From positions 172,486,001-172,550,000 of the forward strand of contig NC_086097.1 in assembly GCF_963921235.1 (NCBI RefSeq): DNA of 64,000 nucleotides. The letters are read 5' to 3'. Under the pieces are notes generated by a model. It saw only the letters and a list, made by a program, of their open reading frames with translations, did no database searches and had not been told where the DNA came from. This document shows positions 49,893-60,882 of the stretch, piece after piece (within the stretch, counting starts at the first letter, position 1; each line of letters begins with the position of its first letter). Made by a program: the position numbers and the translations under genes. This DNA is from Mobula hypostoma (taxonomy: Eukaryota).

Positions 49893-50144
49893 TGGCACCA
49901 CTCCTAAGACTTTGTTAATTCCAATACTTAACCTGCACTGCTGTGGGTTATCTCTTGATTGGCTGTGATTCCTTTGCTGCACACTCCCTTGTACTTGCCT
50001 CTTTACCTATTCATCTGGTTCATCCTCCACCTTGGAAGAGCAAAAAACAAGGATTACCTTGATCGCGTTACCATTGCCCCTCTCCTTTTCCTAGTCCTGA
50101 TTACTAACATTGCACACAGGTACGCATGTTTCATGTCTCATCTT

Positions 50145-50152
50145 GAGAGGGG
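50145..50152 (+). promoter_or_regulatory. 3' polypurine tract (GAGAGGGG) of the provirus
   Basis: Purine run one base before TGTGATG at 50154, resembling the foamy AGGAGAGGG-TGT junction, about 250 bp after env. Confidence 0.7.
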
Positions 50153-50590
50153 TTGTGATGTGTCATGAATAATTGGTCTAATAACACAATCCCTGGAAAG
50201 ATGTACCAACAAACATTATTTTTTACTTACCTATTTGGATGTTCTATATTTACATTTTATCATGGGTAACGTTTTATATAATATGGTTCTTAAGATTTTA
50301 CATACTGTAATATAAATTTATTAATGTGTAGTTCATTGCTGATGATAACATTACACTATCATGGTTTGAACCTTTGATTTTAAAACCATCAATAATTACT
50401 ATATTTTGTGTGTCATTTTACTCAATGGTAAAAGACTTACCAGGACAAGACAGATGGCTAGCAAAGAGCAATGTTGAGCAATGCAAGATAGCTACCTCTG
50501 AGTAATGCTATAATCCTGATAACCTTTTTACCTATCCTGTTGAGGTTTCTTCGAAAACGGAGATGTAATCCTAGACCTCCAAGGTTTACA

Positions 50591-51925
50591 ATTCCACCTT
50601 CCAACTACATTGGATGCTTTCCATTTCATCTACCACTCAAGCTGGTCCACTGATAATGCCATATCCTCAGCCCTCCATTCCGTCTTGTCCCACCTAGAAA
50701 AAGATGCCTCATATACCAGGATCTTATTCATCGACTTCAGCTCAGGGTTTAACACAACCATCCCTCAGAAGGCTGGTGGGTAAACTGTCCTCATTGGGAC
50801 TTAACTCCCCTTTCTGTAGTTGGATCTTGGACTTCTTGATGGAAAGACCCCCAGACAGTTGGAGTTGGCAACAACATTTCAAGCTCCATTATGCTGAGCG
50901 CAGGTGCCATTCTCCCCTCCCCTCCACCCCACGGCTGTGTGCTCAACCTGCTGCTGTTTACACTGCTGACTCACAACTGCACTGTCAGACTTGGCTCAAT
51001 CCCCATCATCAAGTTCACTAATGGTACAACAGTGGTTGGCCCCATCACCAATAACCATGAATCGGCAAACAGAGAGGAGGTAGAGAGGCTTGACAAATGG
51101 TGCGTGAACAATAAACTGAGTCTCAGTGTGCTCAAGACAAAAGCGATGATGTGGACTTTAGGAAGACACAGGTCGACCTCTCTCCATTACACATCAATGG
51201 CTCTGCCATGAAGAGAGTACAGAGCTCAGATTTCCTCAGTGTGTACATAATGGATGATCTAACCTGGTTCCACAACACCTCCTCACTAGTCAAAAAGGCA
51301 CAGCAGCATCTGCACTTTCTGAGGTGATCGAGCTGTACAAGGCTTCACGGCTCAATTCTAACAGCTTTCTACAGAAACACCACTGAGAGTGTCCTGTTTG
51401 GCTACATCACTGTGTGATACAGAAGCTACAAGGCTTCGGACTACAAGATGCAACGGAGGATTGTGAAAACCACCGAGAGGATCACCAGTGTCTCCTTCCC
51501 CCACTATTTGTGACATTTATTGAGAGCATTGTAAATGAAAGGCCCAAGCATTGTGAGGATCCCTACCACGCATCCCACAACCTTTTTGACCCAATACCAT
51601 CAGGAAAGCAGTACAGAAACATCAGGCCAAACTGGGTAACAGCTTCTTCCCTCGGACTAATGAATACCCTGCCACACCTGAGATCTCATCACTAGCACAG
51701 TGCACTCTTTACTGATTACTGTACTGCTTTCTGTTTACTGTTTACCTGTGCTGCACACGACATAGATTTTGAATTATATTTTATTAGCTTATTCATGGTT
51801 ATATTTTTGTTCACGTTTTGTGTGTTCTATATGTTTTGTGGGTGCCCCGTTGCCCAGAGGAACGTTGTTTCACTTGTTTGCATATATGTACAGTCAGGTG
51901 ACAATCAACCTGGACTTGATCTTGA
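50591..51925 (+). mobile_element. Rex1/Babar RT and 3' end inserted in the putative foamy LTR
   Basis: ILFIDFSS, LCSWILDFL-like, PHGCVLNLLLFTL, IIKFTNGTTVVG; (CTTGA)n tail. Confidence 0.85.
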
Positions 51926-52084
51926 ACAAAGCTTTATATTGTTACAAGATAGAACAATTAGAATGTGCTTACAATTTGAGTATAAGCATATAATATTTGC
52001 GTGGTTCCCCTACAGTAAAACACATGGGACCACTAAGTCTACCAATACTGCTATTCGTGTTATAATTAACGTTACTAGAATAGT

Positions 52085-52178
52085 CCTGCTGAAGGGTCTC
52101 AGCCCGAAAAGTTGACCGTACCCTTTTCCTAGATGCTGCCTGGCCTGCTGAGTTCCTCCAGAATTTTTGTATGGGTTG
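52085..52178 (+). mobile_element. Penelope-derived mini-insertion with a degenerate hammerhead motif
   Basis: TSD ctagaatagt at 52075-52084 and 52179-52188; 'ctgctgaagggtctcagcccgaaaagttgac'. Confidence 0.8.
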
Positions 52179-53085
52179 CTAGAATAGTTTATATATTTGG
52201 TTGATAAATTCTCATGGTTTGACAGAGCAGACTTAGTAACCTTGCTCTGTTAAAGTTTTCTGGGAAAACACTAAAGTTGGGAAGACGTGTCAGTTCTTCT
52301 CTGTTCGGCCCAATCTTTAACAAACTAAAGGGAGAAGACCTGAACAATTATACCCAGACCTCAGAATCATGAATATGGGAAGAAGCTGATGCAGATAGTA
52401 CGATTGGTATCGGAATGTTAAGGTACAGCATACCAATGGGTATTCGCTCCCATGGGAGGGACATAACCAACCCCGAGGTTCTGACATATCTTTCTGAGAA
52501 ACTAGAATTAAAGAGAAAGACAGAATCCTCAACACGAGAACTGTTCTCTTTCTTACTTTGGTAAATATTTCTTTTTTTTTATGTACATTATTATATTGTG
52601 AGGTAATTTAACTCTTATATATAAATTTCTGTAACTAAAATATGAGATTACTAAACCTTAGGCAAAAGGAGACAGCAATACACAATCTGTAACTTTTACA
52701 AGATTTCTGGTTTAAGATAATGCTGGTGAAGCTCAGTGACTACTTGCTGGTGGCAAATAAAAGAAAAAAAACAACTAAGTACTTTATTAATCACACTTTT
52801 TTTCTGGTAAGTGATCATTGCAAACAGTAGACTGTAACTTCCCTGTTGGAGTTAATCATTTGAACCGCCTGTCTGACCGAGCATTTTTGTGGTGGGAGCT
52901 GAAGTCTCGAAGGTGCAGAACAGTTGGGGTGTGGTGTGTACAGGCTACATCAAGGCAGCAGGGTCCAGCACGGACAGAGGAGAGTGAGCCAGCGTTTGGC
53001 TGGTGTTGGCTTGGAAGCAGGAAGTCCAACACCCAGTTGCACAGTGATGTATTTAGACCGAGGAGCAGGAGTTTGTGGACAATAG

Positions 53086-53619
53086 AAACACTCACAATGC
53101 GCTGGAGGAACTCAGCAGGTCAGTCAGCATCAGTTGAAAAGATTAGTTGACGTTTCGGGCCGAAACCCTTCGTCAGGACTGAAGGAAGAACTTTGGAGAG
53201 GGTTTGACGAATGCTGGTAGTTGAAAAAAACAGTAATTTGAAAGACAAAGGGGTGGGGGAGGGGAAGCAGGGAGGTGATTGGCAGGAGAACAATGCACAG
53301 TAGTAGAAGGAGGCGGAACTATGAGGGAGGTGATGTGAAATAGGGATAGAAGAAGGGAGGGGGAGGGAAATACCAGAAGTTGGAGACTTCTATGTTAACA
53401 TAGAGTCCCTGCTTCCCCTCCCCCACCCCTTTGTCTTTCAAATTACTGTTTTTTTCAACTACCAGCATTCTTTAAACCCTCCCCAAAGTTCTTCCTCCAG
53501 TCCTGACGAAGGGTTTCGGCCCGAAACGTCGACTAATCTTTTCAACTGATGCTGACTGACCTCCTGAGTTCCTTCAGCGCATTGTGAGTGTTCCTTTGAC
53601 AACAGCATCTGCAGATTAT
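53086..53619. mobile_element. Fold-back Penelope-derived element with hammerhead motifs on both strands, 14-bp TSD
   Basis: TSD tttgtggacaatag at 53072-53085 and 53620-53633; about 190-bp inverted arms; motifs at 53145-53180 (-) and 53499-53534 (+). Confidence 0.9.
53499..53534 (+). ncRNA. Minimal type I hammerhead ribozyme motif
   Basis: agtc-CUGACGA-a-ggg-uuucgg-ccc-GAAA-C-GUC-gacu; predicted cleavage after 53530. Confidence 0.8.
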
Positions 53620-54519
53620 TTTGTGGACAATAGTGTTGAATGCCGAAATGAAATCCAGAAACAGCATTCTGACATAGGTGTCTCAGGGCCCAGTGCACGA
53701 CAGATTCTATGGCATCTGTGTTAGAATGGTTCTGTCGGTAAGCATATTGGAGAGTGTCCAGTGTGGCAGGAATGGAGTTTTTACTGTATGCTACTAACAG
53801 CTGTTCAAAGCACTTCATAAGGATTGGTGTCAGTGCCACCGGCCAGTAATTGTTTGGATCTATATGAATAGAATTCTTTGGTAAAGAGATAATGGTGGCT
53901 GATTTGAAGCCAGTGGGGATAGCAGTCTGGATGGGTGAAGTGTTAAAGATGTCAGTGAGTTGGTGAGCACACTCTCTGAATACTTGGCCTGGGGTGTTAT
54001 CTGACTCAGCAGCCTTATGGGAGTTGACTCTCTGCAAAGTCCTTCTCATGTCTGCTGCTGTTACAGACAGTGGCTGCTCTCAGGGGGTGGGGTGGGTGGG
54101 GGATGGTTTAAGGGTTAGCTTTCATGGCTGGTGTTGTGTTGCATGCTTCAAAGCATGCATAAAGGTTGTTTGGAGCATCAGGGAAGGCGGCATCACTAGT
54201 ACAGTTGATGAAGTTTCTCCTTGCCTTGTCAGTAACGCCCTTGATGTCCAGCCACATACACCAGGGATCATTATTGGACAGGTATTCCTGAATTTTTTGT
54301 GAGTAGGCAGTCTTTGCCTTCTTTATGCCTCTTAATGTCTAAGACAGAAGGGAGAGAGCCTTTATAAAGAAGTGAAGGGGTAGGGGTGGATCAATAGGTG
54401 GCAGGCGATAGATGGATCCAGGAGAGAAGGAGTAATGTCCAGATAGCAGAGGGGAGATCAGATTTAGCGGCAGAGGCTTGGGAGTTATTGACACATTTCA
54501 GAAGATGCCCTTCCTGCCC

Positions 54520-54755
54520 AATGAGCTGATTTGCCCAGCAACCCACCTAATAAAACTCACCGCAGGGCAATTTACAATGAACAATTAACCTACTAACCAG
54601 TATGCCTTTGGACTGTGGGAGGAAACCAGAGCACCCAGAGGATACACACACAGTCACGGGGTGAACATACAAATTCCTTCCAGGTGGCACCAGAATTGAA
54701 CTCTGAACTCCTATGCCCCAAGCTGTAATAGTGTCATGCTAAAGGCTACTCTACC
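54520..54755 (-). mobile_element. HE1-like V-SINE
   Basis: 'tttggactgtgggaggaaaccagagcaccc' V-domain and a tRNA-like head on the minus strand. Confidence 0.75.
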
Positions 54756-56076
54756 AACGAAGGGAAACAACAAAGGGCTACAGATGGTGGAATCTGGTGG
54801 GAAAGTTAGGTGGGCATGGAACGAAATGGACCCAAAAAGCCTGCAGTCCATTTCCCTCTACAGATGTGCCTGACTCACTGAGTTCTTCCAGCATTTTACT
54901 TGTTGCTTCAGATTCCAGCAGCTGCAGTTTATTGTGTTGTCCTATAAATACTTGCAGGCCATTGCTTCTCCCAATAGGAGTGTCACCAGGCCCTGGCACT
55001 CAAGGATGATGAAGTAGAATTAGATAGTTTGAGAAGCAAGACTGTCAGCCACTGTGGAAATTATGCTCAAACGTTTGAACAATAACATACTTCCCTGCAT
55101 AACATGAGTGATGGACAGCAAAACTACAAGGGCATTTGAAGAGCTTATTGCCATCAGACAGAAGTAAATCAGAGAGAATGATAGCGAGCAGGATTACCAT
55201 CCACAAATACACCCATAAGAACAATTAATGTTCTAATTGTTTTCTGCATATTTTAATTTTATTATGAAGGTTTAACACTTCATTTGCATTTGCAGTTCCT
55301 TAGTAAACACATAGATTCAGCAAAACCTCAAAAACATTCTTGGCGTGTGTACATGTACAGGGTATGTGTAGTTTCCACATACTCCCTGTGATAGTGTGGG
55401 TTTCCTCTGCATGGTCTGAGTTCCACCGACATCCCAAAAACAGGTCGGATGGTGGGTCAGCAGGCCGCTCTAAGTTGCTGCTAGTGTGCAGGTGAGTGGT
55501 CGAATCTGGGGGGAAGATTAAAAAAGGGGATTATGTATGATCAGACCCTGGATATTCTCTCTTCTCCCCTATTCCATCAGGCAGAAGATGCAAAACCTGA
55601 AAGTATGTAACACCAGGTCAAAGAGCAGATTCTAGCACACTGTTAAATAGTACGATATGTTGGTCTCTTGATCTCACAATCTACCCCGTTATGATCTTGC
55701 ATCCTACTGTTTACCTGCACTGCACTTTCTCTATAGCTTTATTCTGCCTTGCTATTGTTTTACCTTACTGTACGTCAATGCACCATATGATGAGCTGACC
55801 TGTATGCACAAAAGTAAACTTCCCACTGTGGCACGTTACATGTGACAATAATAAACAAATTCCAACTCCAATGCCCAGCACAGACTTAGGAGGTCAAAGG
55901 GCCTATTTCTGTGCTGTATCTCTCTATGATTCTATGTAGCTAAAGTGCCAAATTTGATCATCTCCAACAAGGGAGAGAATAACTACCTACCATTAACACT
56001 CAATGGCATTACCATCTCTACGTCCCTGCATCATCAATAGCATGGAAGGCACACTCAACAGACCAGCACCTAAGTA

Positions 56077-56563
56077 CAGTCGGCCCTCCGTATTCGTGGG
56101 TTCCGCATCCGCGGATTCAACCAACCGCGAATCAAAAATACTGTACAGGTTTCCCCCGCTATCCGAAAGTAGAGCATTCCTATGAAGCCTTTCGTAAACT
56201 GAACCTAAAAAATAACCTACCAAATCATACCAGATAACGCATAAAACCTAAAATAATAACAGATAGTAAAAGCAGGAATTATATGCTACTAGCAGAACCA
56301 ATAGTAACATCGGCAGCTTTCAAGATTCTTTCTCTTTGCGTGTAAATAGTACAAATGGTGGACACAGGCAAGTTCAACTCATGCACAATGTCTTTATTTC
56401 GTTCAATACGATCAAAATGCTTAATTACGCCCAGTTTTACGCTAAGCATAACACCCTTACGAGGTCTCTTAGGCTTTTATATAAGACACTTGAGCATCCG
56501 CGGATTTTGGTATCCGCTGGGGGCTCCCGGAACCAATCCCCTGCGGATACGGAGGGCCGACTG
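56077..56563. mobile_element. Tigger/pogo-type (MER2-like) non-autonomous DNA transposon
   Basis: Perfect 17-bp TIR CAGTCGGCCCTCCGTAT...ATACGGAGGGCCGACTG with TA on both sides. Confidence 0.9.
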
Positions 56564-56673
56564 TATTGTAGCTACCAAAACAGGTCAGAGACTGAGCATT
56601 CTGCAGTGAGTGTTGCCTCAAAGTCTTTCATTTTTATTTATTTAGATTTTTTTTCATTTAGAGATACAGCAAG

Positions 56674-57665
56674 GTTGTTTACAATATATATTAATGACTT
56701 GGATGAGGGAATTAAATGCAGCATTTCCAAGTTTGCGGATGACACGAAGCTGGGTGGCAGTGTTAGCAGTGAGGAGGATGCTAAGAGGATGCAGGGTGAC
56801 TTGGATAGGTTGGGTGAGTGGGCAAACTCATGGCAGATGCAATTTAATGTGGATAAATGTGAAGTTATCCACTTTGGTGGCAAAAATAGGAAAACAGATT
56901 ATTATCTGAATGGTGGCCGATTAGGAAAAGGGGAGGTGCAACGAGACCTGGGTGTCATTATACACCAGTCATTGAAAGTGGGCATGCAGGTACAGCAGGC
57001 GGTGAAAAAGGCGAACGGTATGCTGGCATTTATAGCGAGAGGATTCGAGTACAGGAGCAGGGAGGTACTACTGCAGTTGTACAAGGCCTTGGTGAGACCA
57101 CACCTGGAGTATTGTGTGCAGTTTTGGTCCCCTAATCTGAGGAAAGACATCCTTGCCATAGAGGGAGTACAAAGAAGGTTCACCAGATTGATTCCTGGGA
57201 TGGCAGGTCTTTCATATGAAGAAAGACTGGATGAACTGGGCTTGTACTCGTTGGAATTTAGAAGATTGAGGGGGGATCTGATTGAAACGTATAAGATCCT
57301 AAAGGGATTGGACAGGCTAGATGCGGGAAGATTGTTCCCGATGTTGGGGAGGTCTAGAACGAGGGGTCACAGTTTGAGGATAGAGGGGAAGCCTTTTAGG
57401 ACCGAGGTTAGGAAAAACTTCTTCACACAGAGAGTGGTGAATCTGTGGAATTCTCTGCCACAGCAAACTGTTGAGGCCAGTTCATTAGCTATGTTTAAAA
57501 GGAAGTTAGATATGGCCCTTGTGGCTACAGGGGTCACGGGGTATGGAGGGAAGGCTGGGTTCTGAGTTGGATGATCAGCCATGATCATAATAAATGGCGG
57601 TGCAGGCTCGAAGGGCCGAATGGCCTACTCCTGCACCTATTTTCTATGTTTCTATGTTTCTATGT
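56674..57665 (+). mobile_element. Very young 5'-truncated CR1 inserted in a SINE tail
   Basis: Uninterrupted frame from LFTIYINDL to the stop at 57565; (TTCTATGT)n tail. Confidence 0.95.
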
Positions 57666-57771
57666 AATAGGCCCTTTCGGCCCAATGAGCCTGCATCACC
57701 CAGTTTCATTCATGTGACAATTGACCTACTATCCCATATGTCTTTGGAACGTGTGAGGAAACTAGAGTACC

Positions 57772-58336
57772 TCTGGTGGTCAGGGCTGACCATGGATGTT
57801 GCATCCTAGATGTCTAGATATGCAAGTCAGGGCAGTACAATATGAAGAGCAAGCTGCTACCCACATAGCAAGCTCCACGTATCTGCTGAACCGAAAGGAA
57901 CAATACAATTTGACACCAGCAGCATTGCAGGAGCTATCAGTCAGTGTTGAACTCAACATAGGACTCCCTTAGGGACTCCAGCTCTGCATTCTTCCCTCGG
58001 GGTTTACAGCCAAAGCCTTCCTATGGGAGAGTATAGCTGCAAGGCAGTGAAGGTTTGCGATCAGAGTTTTCCTCCTCCTAGATGAGCTGTCCACCACAGC
58101 TGATGAGCCCCATCTGCCTGAAGCGACTAGCTTTAAGGCACCAGTAATCTACCTTTGCCCCTTCTCCTGTCAGTCAAAACAGTTCCGCCGGGCTCAGTAG
58201 ATAAGCCACACGTGAAGACCAGGAGCCGGACTTGGTTGTCAGAGGCTACCTGAGTCACACATCCACTGGAAGTATTTAGTAGGTAGGAGGAGCTTGTCCC
58301 CACTACTTCCCCTGGCTATAACAATTTTAAGGAACC
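57772..58336 (-). mobile_element. RTE-derived non-autonomous element nested in an HE1-like SINE
   Basis: Most complete copy of the family at 10385-10760 and 37665-38020; SINE halves on both sides (57665-57771 and 58337-58445). Confidence 0.75.
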
Positions 58337-59284
58337 AAGGAAACCCACACGATCATGGGGGAATGTACAAGCTCCTTACAGACAGCAGTGGAAAATGAAC
58401 CCTGATCTTTGGCGCTTTAACAGCATTATGCAAACCGCTATGGAACCATGTTATCCCTTTTCATCATCTACAAGAAACAAGTCAGGGAATCAGGAGTGTG
58501 AAGTGATATGTTCTAGTTGCCTGAATGACTGCTGCTCCAGCAACTCTGAGGGATGGGTGACTAAACACCTTCATCTCTTGCACCATTTATTTTTTCCTGT
58601 AAATAATAAATTCATAGTAATTTCTATATCACCCATTGTACTGCCACCGCAAAGCAACAGATTTCATGACAACACACCCAAAACGAAGAAGGAAGTCAAT
58701 GTGTTATGGAAATGAATATACAGTTAATATTTCAGGCTGAGACCCCTTCACCAGGACTGGAGAGGATGGGGAAAGACACCAGATAATTTCCAGCATCTAC
58801 AGAAGCTCTTGTGTTTAAAATTTCACAACACAATCAGTGATAATAAGCCCGATTCAGATTCTATATTAGCAACTCCTCATTTTAAACAGGTTCTGGGGTT
58901 CACCCTCAGCAGGAACCATCCCATCCAGATCCATCCTGTCAAAATCATTCAAGATCTTAAATATTCCAGTCATTCCCTCTCTCTAATTGTCACGCCTGTG
59001 GATGTGAACCTAGCCTGTCCAAACTCCTCTCATGATGTAAACTATCGATTCCAATGCAGACCTTCTCTTCATTGCTTGTAATGCATGACTGTACACAGTT
59101 CTCCAGATGTGGCTTCACCACTGCCCTTTAGAACTGTAGCACAGTGGCACAGATAGTGGCTCCACAATCTCACTACGCCAATGATCCAGGTTCAATCCTG
59201 AGCTCAGGATGATGAAGTCCTGATGAAGGATCTGGGCCCGAAACATGAACTGTTTATTCCACTCCATTGATGCTGCCTGACTAT

Positions 59285-60250
59285 TAGACTAGAAGACAAA
59301 AGAGCAGAATTAGGCCATTCAGCCCAGCAAGCCCGCCCAGCCATTTCATTCTCCTACTTTCTCCCCACAATCTTTCAGGCCCTGGCTTATCAAGAACCTA
59401 GCAACCTCACCCTTAAGTGCACCCAGAGACCTGGCCTCCACAGCCACCTGTGGCAACAAATTCCACTGATTCACCCCCGTCTGGCTAAAGAAATTCCTCC
59501 TTATCTCTGTTCTAAATGCACATCCCTCTATTTTGAGGCTGAGCCCTCTGATCATGCACTCACGCACTAAAGGAAACATCCTCTTCACATCCACTCTATC
59601 GGGGTCTTACAACATTCAACAGGTTTCGGTGAGATCCCCCTCATTCTTCCAAATTTCACTGAGTACAGGCCCAGAGCCTTCAATTACTGCCCTAATGATA
59701 ACCTTTTAATTCCCGGAATTATTCTCGTGAACCTCTTCAGAACCCTCTCCAATGTCAGCACATCCTTTCTTAGGTAAGGAGCCCAACACTGCTCACAATG
59801 CAGCAAGTGAAGCCTCAGCAGTGCCTTATATAACCTCAGCATTACATCCTTGCTTTTATATTCTAGTCCTCTTGAAATGAACACTAACATTGCATTTGCC
59901 TTCCTCACTACTGTTTCAACCTGCAAATTAACCTTTAGAGAATCCTGTATGAGTATTCCCAAAACCCTCTACACCTGGGATTTTTGAATGTCCTTCCCCA
60001 TCAGAAAATAGACTATGCTTTTATTTCTTCTACCAAAGTGCACGGCCATACACTTCCTGACGCTGTATTCCATCTGCGACCTCTTTACCCATTCTCCTAA
60101 TCTGTCCTTCTGCAGCCTCTCTGCTTCTTGAACACTACCCACCCCTCTACCTGTGCTCGTATTTCCACAAACTTTGCCACAAAGCTATCAACTTCATCAT
60201 CCAAATCATTGACATACAATGAAGAAGGAAAGGGTCCCAGCACAGTCCCC
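59285..60250 (-). mobile_element. CR1 3' fragment
   Basis: ORFs 59684-59962 and 59346-59594 (LRLYKALLR, RRNFFSQ). Confidence 0.85.
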
Positions 60251-60582
60251 TGTTCTTCCAGAATTCTGTGTTTGTTTCTCTGGATTTCCAGCATCTGTAG
60301 AATCTCTTGTGTTTCTGAAAAACAGCCTCCCCTCTACTGACTCTGTCTACACCTCCTACTGACTCTGTCTACACCTCCTGCTGCCTCAAGAAAGCAGCCA
60401 ACATAATCAAAATCCTCCTCCCGGCTGGTCATTTTCTCTTCTCCCTCCACTCATCAGGCAGAATATACAAAACTGTGAGAACATGTACTGCCAGCTCAAG
60501 ATCATCTTCTATCTCACCACTGAATGGACCTCATATACAAAAAGAACTCCTGATCTCTTGTGTCTACCTCTTGGCTTTTGCA

Positions 60583-60882
60583 ACACACATCAAAGTTGCT
60601 GGTGAATGCAGCAGGCCAGGCAGCATCTCTAGGAAGAGGTACAGTCGACGCTTCAGGCCGACACCCTTCGTCATGACTAACTGAAGGAAGAGTTAGTAAA
60701 AGATTTAATCTCTTTAAGAGAAAAAGTCTCTTACTAACTCTTCCTTCAGTTAGTCCTGACGAAGGGTCTCGGCCTGAAACGTCGACTGTACCTTTTCCGA
60801 GAGATGCTGCCTGGCCTGCTGCGTTCACCAGCAACTTTGATGTGTGTTGCTTGAATTTCCAGCATCTGTAGAATTCCTGCTG
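60583..60882. mobile_element. About 300-bp fold-back Penelope-derived element with opposed hammerhead motifs
   Basis: TSD tcttggc/ttttgca at 60569-60582 and 60883-60896; about 125-bp inverted arms; intact motif 60752-60787 (+), mutated motif 60643-60678 (-). Confidence 0.9.

Larger units (their letters stand above)
50154..52795 (+). mobile_element. Putative 3' LTR of the foamy-like provirus (net about 1.1-1.2 kb after removing two insertions; right end 52700 or 52795)
   Basis: Begins TGTGAT after the PPT; candidate ends TTTTACA (52700) or ATCACA (52790-52795, inverted match to TGTGAT); ATTAAA near 52507. No second copy in the window to confirm. Confidence 0.55.
52925..54330 (-). mobile_element. 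Rex1/Babar RT fragment
   Basis: ORF 53459-54049 (WPVALTPILMKCFE, LQYAYRQN) and LGLNTSLCNWVLDFL. Confidence 0.85.

Noticed and set aside
56336..57565. 409-aa ORF as a MITE-RT fusion gene
   Set aside because: Incidental frame across a MITE, a spacer and a 5'-truncated CR1; non-ATG start and RT motifs upstream of FADD are missing.
58170..58255. HDV-like ribozyme in the RTE-derived 5' region
   Set aside because: Local stems exist, but I could not fit the P1-P2-P3-L3-P1.1-P4 topology by eye.
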